NCBI GenBank assembly: GCA_965601925.1
Contig: OZ271854.1
Span: 3,840,001 to 3,904,000, forward strand
Source of the DNA: Alkalispirochaeta sp.
Lineage (GTDB): Bacteria > Spirochaetota > Spirochaetia > DSM-27196 > Alkalispirochaetaceae
Reading direction: 5' to 3'
Length of the DNA stretch: 64,000 bases
Shown here: positions 1 through 7,542 of the stretch, piece by piece
Numbering within the stretch: the first letter of the stretch is position 1
Layout of the letters: every line of letters begins with the position of its first letter
Position numbers and translations under genes: made by a program
Notes under the pieces: model-generated
Seen by the model: the letters and a program-made list of their open reading frames with translations, nothing else
Database searches by the model: none
Told to the model about the DNA's origin: nothing

Positions 1-2546
1 TGAACGTCTTGAAGGTTACTGATGCCGATACCGCACTCGTACCCCGCATCGACCTCTCGGGCGTCGTCCTTGAAGCGTTTCAACGAGGAGATCGTTCCCT
101 CGTGGATCTGTACGTTGTCGCGGAATACCCGAACGTTCGCGTTGCGTCTTACCTTGCCCTCGATAACGTAGGAGCCGGCGACGATTCCGATCTTCGGAAC
201 CTTGAAAATATCGCGAACTTCCACCGCGCCGATCGTCTCTTCTTGGAGCTCCGGAGCGAGCATGCCTTCCATAGCGGCGCGAATATCTTCTACCGCATCG
301 TAGATGATGCTGTACTTTCGGATCTCCACCTTCTCGCGCTCGGCAAGCTGTTGCGCTCTGGGCGTCGGGCGAACGTGAAATCCCACTACGAGGGCGTTGG
401 ACGCCGAAGCGAGCATGATATCGCCTTCGTTGATCGCTCCGGCCGACGCATGGATCGCGACGAGGCGAATTTCCTTCGTACTGAGTTTCTCCAGTGCGCT
501 CTGCAACGCCTCCACCGACCCGTGAACATCGCCCTTGATGACGACCTTGAGCTCCTGAATCGCTCCGTCCTGGATGCTGTCGTACAGGTTGTCGAGGGTG
601 ACCTTCTTGACGTTCTTGGCCTCCTCGACGCGCTTCAGCTCTTGGCGCTTTGCGCCGACCTGCCGCGCCGTCTTGTCGTCCTCGGTGACCTGGAAGGGAT
701 CGCCCGCCTCGGGCACGCCGTCGAATCCCAGAATCTCGACCGGCGCCGACGGCGTTACCTGTTCGACGCGGCGTCCGCGGTCGTCGAACATCGCCCGCAC
801 ACGTCCCGGGAAGATACCCGCGATGAATGAATCGCCGACTTTGAGCGTACCCCGTTCAATCAGTACGGTTGCAATGGTGCCGCGACCGGGATCGATGCGA
901 CTTTCGACGACCTTCCCTTCTGCGTTGCGGTCCCAATTTGCCTTCAGTTCGAGTACTTCGGCCTGCACCAAGACGGTTTCGAGAAGGTCTTCGATTCCCT
1001 CCTTCTTGAGGGCCGATACCTCAACCATCGCGGTCTGCCCACCCCAGTCCTCGGGGATCAGCTCAAGCTCGGAGAGCTGCTGCTTCACGCGATCGACGTT
1101 CGCTTCGGGCAGATCGACTTTGTTAATCGCCACGATGATCGGAACCTTGGCCTCTTTGGCGTGGCTGATCGCCTCGCGAGTCTGGGGCATCACGCCGTCG
1201 TTTGCTGCGACAACGAGGATGACGATATCGGTGATCTGGGCTCCCCGGGCGCGCATAAGGGTGAACGCCTCGTGACCCGGCGTATCGAGGAAGGTGATCG
1301 AGTTTTGGTCGAGCGAAACTTGGTACGCTCCGATATGTTGCGTGATACCGCCGTGTTCGCCGGCAACGACGTTCGTCGAACGTATTGCGTCCAGAAGTTT
1401 CGTCTTACCGTGGTCGACGTGTCCCATGACCGTGACGATGGGCGGCCGCGATTTGAGGTCCTCTTCCTTATCCTCGGCGGTCTCGATGATCGTTTCGTCG
1501 TAGAGCGAGACGACGTTGACCTTTGCACCGTACTCACCGGCGAGAATTTCAGCGGTCTCGCGATCGATTTGCTGGTTGATCGTCACCATCATGCCCATGC
1601 TCATGAGCTTGCCGATGAGCTCGTTGGCCTTCAGGTTCATCTTGCGGGCCAGCTCATTGACCGTGACGACCTCCATGATGTCGATCTCTTTGGGCACGGG
1701 ATTCGCCTTGGGTTGTTGCTTCTTCTTGTTGAAGTTTATCTCTTTTTCGCGCTGGCGATCGTCCCGATTGTACGGTCCGCGTTTCTTGCTCTTATAAAAC
1801 CGCTTTCCGGGTTGTCGCTGTTGTTGAGCGCCGGGACCGCCCGGTCCGCGTCCGGGACCACCCGGTCCACGACCGGGGCCGCCCGACGGAGCTGGGCCTC
1901 TGCCGCCGGGAGAGGGGCGCGAGTTGGGGCGGTTGCCGGGTCGAGGAGGACCCGACGGGCGTCCTTGTCCCGGACCGCGCGGCGGTCCACCGTCGCGTCG
2001 CGGTCCCGAACCTCCGCGAAAGTCACGGCGCGGACCGGAAGAGAAGTCACCGTCCCTTCGCGGACCCCGACGCTGTTGGTTCATGCCTCCGCCGTCGCGG
2101 GCGGGCGGGCCGCCGGCACGGCGCGGGCCACCTTGCGAGGATTGGGGAGCGCCTCGTCTCCCACTCTCGAAGACTCTCGGGCCCGCCGTCGGGGGCGTCG
2201 ATCGCGGGGATTCTTGAGGAGATGGTCTCGTATCTTCTGCCGCCGGACGAACGGGCTTTTTCGGCTCCGCCTCACCCGTCGGTTGCGGTCGCTCGGAGCG
2301 CTCGGCAGGTGTAGGACTCTGCGGGCGTGCGACCTCGGCGGAAGGGGTTTCGGACGGTTGTTGCACGGCAGCTTGCGTGTCGTCGGCCGCGTCAACCGGA
2401 GGGCGTTTCTTGGCCACCACCTTCGGCTTGGGCTTTCGTTTTACGACGACGCGAACCTTTTTTTTCTCGGCGACGGTCTCGGCACTCTCGGGACGTTTCT
2501 TAATGAGAGTCGCCTTCGGTTTCTGTTTTTCCTGATCCTCTGCCAT
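1..2546 (-). CDS. infB: Translation initiation factor IF-2 (runs off the left window edge)
   Basis: Missing from the ORF track because it is truncated; read manually. ATG at 2546 (MAEDQEKQKPKATLIKK) with GAAAGGAAG RBS; Gly/Pro/Arg-rich N-terminus; G-domain motifs MGHVDHGKT, GGITQHIGAY, DTPGH, NKVD; follows nusA. Confidence 0.97.
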   Translation of the reverse strand, partial: MAEDQEKQKPKATLIKKRPESAETVAEKKKVRVVVKRKPKPKVVAKKRPPVDAADDTQAAVQQPSETPSAEVARPQSPTPAERSERPQPTGEAEPKKPVRPAAEDTRPSPQESPRSTPPTAGPRVFESGRRGAPQSSQGGPRRAGGPPARDGGGMNQQRRGPRRDGDFSSGPRRDFRGGSGPRRDGGPPRGPGQGRPSGPPRPGNRPNSRPSPGGRGPAPSGGPGRGPGGPGRGPGGPGAQQQRQPGKRFYKSKKRGPYNRDDRQREKEINFNKKKQQPKANPVPKEIDIMEVVTVNELARKMNLKANELIGKLMSMGMMVTINQQIDRETAEILAGEYGAKVNVVSLYDETIIETAEDKEEDLKSRPPIVTVMGHVDHGKTKLLDAIRSTNVVAGEHGGITQHIGAYQVSLDQNSITFLDTPGHEAFTLMRARGAQITDIVILVVAANDGVMPQTREAISHAKEAKVPIIVAINKVDLPEANVDRVKQQLSELELIPEDWGGQTAMVEVSALKKEGIEDLLETVLVQAEVLELKANWDRNAEGKVVESRIDPGRGTIATVLIERGTLKVGDSFIAGIFPGRVRAMFDDRGRRVEQVTPSAPVEILGFDGVPEAGDPFQVTEDDKTARQVGAKRQELKRVEEAKNVKKVTLDNLYDSIQDGAIQELKVVIKGDVHGSVEALQSALEKLSTKEIRLVAIHASAGAINEGDIMLASASNALVVGFHVRPTPRAQQLAEREKVEIRKYSIIYDAVEDIRAAMEGMLAPELQEETIGAVEVRDIFKVPKIGIVAGSYVIEGKVRRNANVRVFRDNVQIHEGTISSLKRFKDDAREVDAGYECGIGISNLQDV

Positions 2547-2596
2547 ACACTTCCTTTCGACGAGTTTACAGACTCAGTACGGGCTCTGTAAACCGC

Positions 2597-4234
2597 CTAT
2601 TCCCCTTCCTCTTCGTCACCTTCCACTATCTCGACATATTCGGTGAGAATGGTACGAATCGTCGCCTGCTCGTCCTCGGTGAGCCCCTCAATCGCCGCAA
2701 TCTCCTGCGGATCCAACGCGATAAGCTCTTCGAGGTCGGAAATACCGGCGGCCTTGAGCCGCTCGACGATCGAGTCGGTCATGCCCGGCAGTTCGGAAAT
2801 CTCGGTTATGATCTCCTCTTCGTCCTCATCCTCGTCTTCGTCGCTCTCGACCGAGTCCTCGTCGGTATCCGGCCGACCATCCTCGTCCGGCGCTTCATAA
2901 TCCTCACCGACGTCGGCGACGAACTCCTCATCTTGTTCAACGATCTCTACGTTGTCGGCGATGATGCGGCTTAACTCCGCTGCAACGTCATCCTTCATTC
3001 CGGCCAACGCGTGGAGCTCTTCATCGCTTAAGCCCACGATCTCTTCGATCATCGTGATGTTATTCTCACCGAGGATGCGCACCATCTCGCCGGTAATACC
3101 GGGCAGTTCGGCCACGGAGGTGATTTCGTCTTCCGGTTCTTCGACATCACTGAAGAGGGCCGAGACGGCGCGTTTGGATTCGGCGGCGATGTCCATCTCC
3201 TCGAACTGATCCATCGTTTTCACATCGATATTCCAGTCGGCGAGACGGTTCGCAAGACGTACGTTCAGTCCCTGCTTTCCGATCGCGAGGGAAAGCTGAT
3301 CCTCCGGTACGATGGCGAGCGCTTGGCGACGCGCTTCGTCGATGATGACGACGTTGGTCACCTCCGCCGGAGAGAGGGCGTTCTTGATCAATATCCGGGG
3401 ATCGGGATCGTACTTTAGGATGTCGATCTTCTCCCCTTCGAGCTCGCGAACGATCGCTTGAATACGCACCCCCCGCAAACCGACGCACGCTCCGACCGGA
3501 TCGACATCTTCCCGGTTCGAGGCGACGGCTATCTTGGTGCGATATCCCGCCTCCCGGACGATACGTACGATCTCGACCGTCTTACCGTAAATCTCCGGCA
3601 CCTCAAGCTCAAAGATACGTTTGACCAGATCGGTGTGCGTACGCGAGAGGGCGATCTGAAGGCCCGAGTTGCCCTTGGCTACGTCTACGATGAGCGCCTT
3701 GAGTCGATCGTTGGTGCGATACACTTCGCGAGGCGACTGATAGCGTTTGGGAAGAATCCCTTCCGCTCTGCCGAGGTCGATAAAGAGGTTTCCGTTGCGC
3801 TCTCGCTGCACGTAGCCGATGACCAGTTCGCCGACCTTGTCGCTGAACTCCGAATAGAGCGTGTCTTTCTGTATTTCTCGGATCCGCTGACGAGCTTTCT
3901 GTTTCGCGCTTTGAATCGATACGCGGTCGAACTCTTGGGGGTTGATCTCAATAAGCAGCTCATCGCCGACCTCGCACTCATCGTTGAGTTCGAGCGCCTC
4001 GGACAGAGCGATCTCGGTGACGGGATCCTCGACTTCGTTGACGATTCTCTTCTGGGCGAAGAGCGTCACCTCGTTTCCTTCATCGGTAAACTGAACAACC
4101 GCGTTGTCCGCTTGACCGAACTTGCGCTTGTAGGCGGCAACGAGAAACTCCTCGATCACCTTGATCAATAGTTCCTCGGAGATACCCTTGTCTTGCACTA
4201 CCGCGCGGATCGCCTCCGCAAGTCCCGCTGACAT
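2597..4234 (-). CDS. nusA: Transcription termination/antitermination factor NusA with a long acidic C-terminus
   Basis: S1/KH motifs REAGYRTKIAV, DPVGACVG, SLAIGKQGLNVRLA; GGAGG RBS; rimP-nusA-infB order. Confidence 0.97.
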   Translation of the reverse strand: MSAGLAEAIRAVVQDKGISEELLIKVIEEFLVAAYKRKFGQADNAVVQFTDEGNEVTLFAQKRIVNEVEDPVTEIALSEALELNDECEVGDELLIEINPQEFDRVSIQSAKQKARQRIREIQKDTLYSEFSDKVGELVIGYVQRERNGNLFIDLGRAEGILPKRYQSPREVYRTNDRLKALIVDVAKGNSGLQIALSRTHTDLVKRIFELEVPEIYGKTVEIVRIVREAGYRTKIAVASNREDVDPVGACVGLRGVRIQAIVRELEGEKIDILKYDPDPRILIKNALSPAEVTNVVIIDEARRQALAIVPEDQLSLAIGKQGLNVRLANRLADWNIDVKTMDQFEEMDIAAESKRAVSALFSDVEEPEDEITSVAELPGITGEMVRILGENNITMIEEIVGLSDEELHALAGMKDDVAAELSRIIADNVEIVEQDEEFVADVGEDYEAPDEDGRPDTDEDSVESDEDEDEDEEEIITEISELPGMTDSIVERLKAAGISDLEELIALDPQEIAAIEGLTEDEQATIRTILTEYVEIVEGDEEEGE

Positions 4235-4249
4235 TCTTGCTCGTCCTCC

Positions 4250-4726
4250 CTAATCCGTGAGTCGTGCCTTTATGATCATCTCCGGTGAAAACGACTCATC
4301 ACTACCGTCGTCGAATCGTACCAGACAGCGTTGCCCGGTCCCCTCGACTATCGTACCGCTCAACCAATCTCGCCCATCGGCCGGTAACAGCTCTACACGT
4401 GAGCCGGCAAAAATCTCAAACTCGTGAAAACTCTTAAAGACTCGATCGATTCCCGGCGAGCTCATCTCGACCCGAACGTCCGAACTACCCACCAGTTCTT
4501 CCAGCCGGGGCTGGAGTGTCCGGTGTATCTCCGTCAGGCCGTCGAGCGTGAGACCGCCGTCGCGATGCAGAACGATATAGGCGTGTGTTCTGCCTTTTAT
4601 GCGCTCGATCGAAAGCTCTACCAGAGCGTAGCCGGCGTCCCCGACCAGCTCCTTCACCGCGTCTGCCGCCGGACCCGAAGGTGGGCTCTGTCTCACGTGT
4701 CTGCCTCGCGTTTCCGATAGGGACAT
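4250..4726 (-). CDS. rimP: Ribosome maturation factor RimP
   Basis: EMSSPGIDR motif; position upstream of nusA. The start may instead be the GTG near 4697. Confidence 0.88.
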   Translation of the reverse strand: MSLSETRGRHVRQSPPSGPAADAVKELVGDAGYALVELSIERIKGRTHAYIVLHRDGGLTLDGLTEIHRTLQPRLEELVGSSDVRVEMSSPGIDRVFKSFHEFEIFAGSRVELLPADGRDWLSGTIVEGTGQRCLVRFDDGSDESFSPEMIIKARLTD

Positions 4727-4756
4727 AAAAAAAGAGCCGGCTCTCAGCGACTCTTT
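4727..4756 (-). terminator. rimP-leader-type hairpin with U tract (attenuator-like)
   Basis: Minus strand AAAGAGTCG-CTGAGAGC-CGGCTCTTT-TTTT directly before rimP. Confidence 0.65.
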
Positions 4757-4786
4757 ACCGTCCGACCAGTAAGCTGTCTATGCATT

Positions 4787-4815
4787 ACTTTATCGATCGG
4801 ATCGTGAATCGTCAA
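4787..4815 (-). promoter_or_regulatory. Putative sigma70 promoter of rimP-nusA-infB
   Basis: TTGACG-17 nt-TAAAGT on the minus strand. Confidence 0.5.
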
Positions 4816-4822
4816 CCCTCCA

Positions 4823-5440
4823 TTATCGCCGAATCGCAAGAACCAGGGCGCCGGCGATCGGTGTACCCGCTTCGCATAGGATGTACGCGGCGCGTCGGAG
4901 CGTAGCGCCGGTGGTATACACATCGTCGATAACGATCGCCCCGGGTACGGTACGCCCCCTTCGGAGCGTCAAAGAGCAGCGCGCGTTCTCGAGACGCTCC
5001 GCCTTGGAGAGGCGTTTCTGCTCTTGCCCGCCCTTCCTTCTTAGGACGAGCGCGGGCTTCGGCGCAAGATACTTCGCGAGCCGTCGCGTTTGATCGAACC
5101 CCCGTAGGCGTTTGCCGCGCTTACTGGCGGGTACCGGACAGATCGGCCGATCGCCGAAATAACGCTCGAGCACCGGTGCGACCATCTCTTGCGCGACGAA
5201 TGAGAGGAGTCGGACGCGTGCGCGTACCTTCATCGCCTCGATGAGCCGTACCATTACGCCCGCATACTCGCCGATACAGACGCACGGCGGCCCATCGGGC
5301 TCCAGAGGAAATAAAACGGGAGCTACAGCGGTCATAAGCTCTTCGCGGCACTCCGGGCAGAGCCCGGCAGCATCTTTTTCGGGGACGAAGGCCACGCCGC
5401 ACACACCGCACAGTTCGATCTGAAAGATAGATGTGTCCAC
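4823..5440 (-). CDS. comF: ComF family phosphoribosyltransferase-like protein
   Basis: CxxC...CxxC N-terminus, PVP, RGFDQ, IVIDDVYTTGATL PRPP-binding loop. Confidence 0.88.
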   Translation of the reverse strand: MDTSIFQIELCGVCGVAFVPEKDAAGLCPECREELMTAVAPVLFPLEPDGPPCVCIGEYAGVMVRLIEAMKVRARVRLLSFVAQEMVAPVLERYFGDRPICPVPASKRGKRLRGFDQTRRLAKYLAPKPALVLRRKGGQEQKRLSKAERLENARCSLTLRRGRTVPGAIVIDDVYTTGATLRRAAYILCEAGTPIAGALVLAIRR

Positions 5441-5511
5441 ATTCGGTAGAAACGGTGCGATCGCATCGCCGCTTGTCGCAGGAATCGCAAATTCACTATT
5501 TTCGCGGCAGG

Positions 5512-6738
5512 ATGGAACGGTTCGATTACATTTTAGCCGGCGGCGGAGCTGCAGGGCTCTCGTTGGCCTACCACATGATGCACGGTGGATTGGACGACAA
5601 GCGCGTACTCATCGTCGATCTGGCGAGCAAAAACAGTAACGATCGGACGTGGTGTTATTGGTCCGATACGAAAGAGATGTTTGATCCGATCGTGAGTCGG
5701 CGATGGTCGCATGTATGGTTCCACGGTCCCGATCGGTCGCACCGTTGGGCGTTGAACCCTTATACCTATAACATGGTTCGCGGGATCGATTTTTATCGCT
5801 TCACTCGGGACGACCTGGAGGCGCGGGAGAATGTGCAGTTCCTCAACGCACGTGTCTCTACCATCGAGGACGGCGACGTACACACCGGTACGCCGGCACA
5901 AATCGTGTTGGAGGACGGACGCCGGTTCGCCGCGGATTGGGTATTCGATAGTCTGTTTCTACCCAGGGAGTTTGCCGTCGACACGCAACGCTACCACTTT
6001 CTCAAGCAACATTTCGTGGGATGGTTCGTCCGGACCGCCGAGCCCGTGTTCGACCCCGACGCGGTGACGATGTTCGACCTGCGCGTTCCCTCCCGAGGAG
6101 ACTTCCGTTTTATGTATCTTCTGCCGGTCTCGCCGTACGAGTCATTAGTGGAGTACACGCTCTTCTCGTCGACGTTACTACCGCGCGAAGAGTACGAACG
6201 AGAGCTCGCCGAGTATATGGAGCGGTATTATCCCGGCGTCGCCTACGAGGTAACCGAACGTGAGGACGGTATCGTCCCGATGACCGAGCAACCCTTTCCC
6301 CGTCGTGGAGGGAGTCGCATTATGTTCACCGGAACCAAGGGTGGGCGCGTGAAGGCGTCTACGGGATACGCCTTTCTGCGGACTCAGCGCGACTGCGAAC
6401 GCATCGTACGGTCTCTTCGTGAGACGGGGCAGCCGTTTCACGATATCGAACCGCCGAAGCGCTACAAGACCTATGACGCGATGATGCTTTCTATTCTCGA
6501 TCGTCGGGGAGATTTCGGGAGGGGCGTGTTTGCCGACCTCTTTGAGAAGAACCCCCTGGAGCGTTTGTGGCGTTTTCTCGATGAGGAGGGCTCGCTGGGT
6601 GAGAATATCAAGCTCATGAGTACCGTACCGTGGATACCGTTTGTCGCAGCGTGGTTTCGCGTGACGTGGCGCCGGTTGTCGGCGGCGCTGCCCTTCGCAT
6701 CGCGTCGCGAGACGGCCGCCGGGGCGGAGCGAGTGTAG
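5512..6738 (+). CDS. crtY: Lycopene cyclase family flavoprotein (CrtY/CrtL-like)
   Basis: ATG at 5512; FAD motif ILAGGGAAGLSLA, NDRTWCYW, QHFVGW, LVEYTLFS, GTKGGRVKASTGYAF, WRFLDE. Confidence 0.85.
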   Translation: MERFDYILAGGGAAGLSLAYHMMHGGLDDKRVLIVDLASKNSNDRTWCYWSDTKEMFDPIVSRRWSHVWFHGPDRSHRWALNPYTYNMVRGIDFYRFTRDDLEARENVQFLNARVSTIEDGDVHTGTPAQIVLEDGRRFAADWVFDSLFLPREFAVDTQRYHFLKQHFVGWFVRTAEPVFDPDAVTMFDLRVPSRGDFRFMYLLPVSPYESLVEYTLFSSTLLPREEYERELAEYMERYYPGVAYEVTEREDGIVPMTEQPFPRRGGSRIMFTGTKGGRVKASTGYAFLRTQRDCERIVRSLRETGQPFHDIEPPKRYKTYDAMMLSILDRRGDFGRGVFADLFEKNPLERLWRFLDEEGSLGENIKLMSTVPWIPFVAAWFRVTWRRLSAALPFASRRETAAGAERV

Positions 6739-7499
6739 TGTCGGATATCGCACGATTTCTCGGTCCGACGGGTATCAGGCCCTTTTTGGCGATCTGGGCC
6801 CTTGCCATGATTGCGGTACCCATCGTCGCTGCGCGAGGCGAAAAGGGCCGTGCGTGGGGGATCTCCACCGGCGTCGTGGCGCAAGTCGCCGCCGTCGTCG
6901 CCGTTTTGGCGGTGAGTTGGTCCGCGGGGCGGACACTCCTCGCCGTCGTCGCCGTTCCGATTTTGGGATGGAGCGCCGAGTTCGTCGGATCGCGTACCGG
7001 TATTCCCTTCGGTCGTTACCACTATACCGAACGCCTCAGGCCGCAGATTCACCGCGTGCCGATCGCGATCCCGTTGGCGTGGCTCATGATGCTGCCTCCG
7101 TCGTGGGCCGTCGCCGAGGCGCTGTTTCCCGACTCATCGCGTCTGGTGCGGGCGCTCGTAGCGGGGTACGCGTTTATGGCGTGGGACGTCTATCTCGATC
7201 CTTTGATGGTTCGATGGCGGTTCTGGGAATGGGATCAGGATGGATCGTATCTCGGAATTCCTTTGGTCAATTTCCTCGGATGGTTCCTGTGCGCGGTCGG
7301 GATTTCCTTGGTCGTCGACCCGCCGCCCCTTCTCATCGAGCCCTTAGTGCTCATCTACGCGGTAACCTGGCTGCTCCAAGCGGGAGGACACTTCGTGTTT
7401 TGGCGTTGGCCCGTGTCGGGACTGGCCGGCTTTGCCGCGATGGGGCTGGTCGTTATACCTCTGATTCTCCGTCTTGCGCGCGGTGCGGGCGTGATGTGA
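6738..7499 (+). CDS. cruF: Carotenoid 1,2-hydratase-like membrane protein (CruF/DUF422)
   Basis: GTG overlaps the crtY stop (TAGTG); multi-TM; motifs EFVGSRTGIPFGRYHY, VPIAIPLAW, WDVYLDP, GIPLVNFLGW. Confidence 0.82.
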   Translation: MSDIARFLGPTGIRPFLAIWALAMIAVPIVAARGEKGRAWGISTGVVAQVAAVVAVLAVSWSAGRTLLAVVAVPILGWSAEFVGSRTGIPFGRYHYTERLRPQIHRVPIAIPLAWLMMLPPSWAVAEALFPDSSRLVRALVAGYAFMAWDVYLDPLMVRWRFWEWDQDGSYLGIPLVNFLGWFLCAVGISLVVDPPPLLIEPLVLIYAVTWLLQAGGHFVFWRWPVSGLAGFAAMGLVVIPLILRLARGAGVM

Positions 7500-7542
7500 C
7501 GCGTGCGGACGACGAATCGGGGGCGCGACGACGGCTGTAGCT

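Noticed and set aside
1825..2060. Short GC-rich quasi-repeats
   Set aside because: They encode the ordinary Gly/Pro/Arg low-complexity linker of IF-2.
9..2591. Long plus-strand ORFs (273, 233 and 476 aa)
   Set aside because: Antisense shadows of infB, which is missing from the track only because it is truncated. Similar shadow ORFs opposite mutS, bamA, purH, map and others are expected at this GC content.
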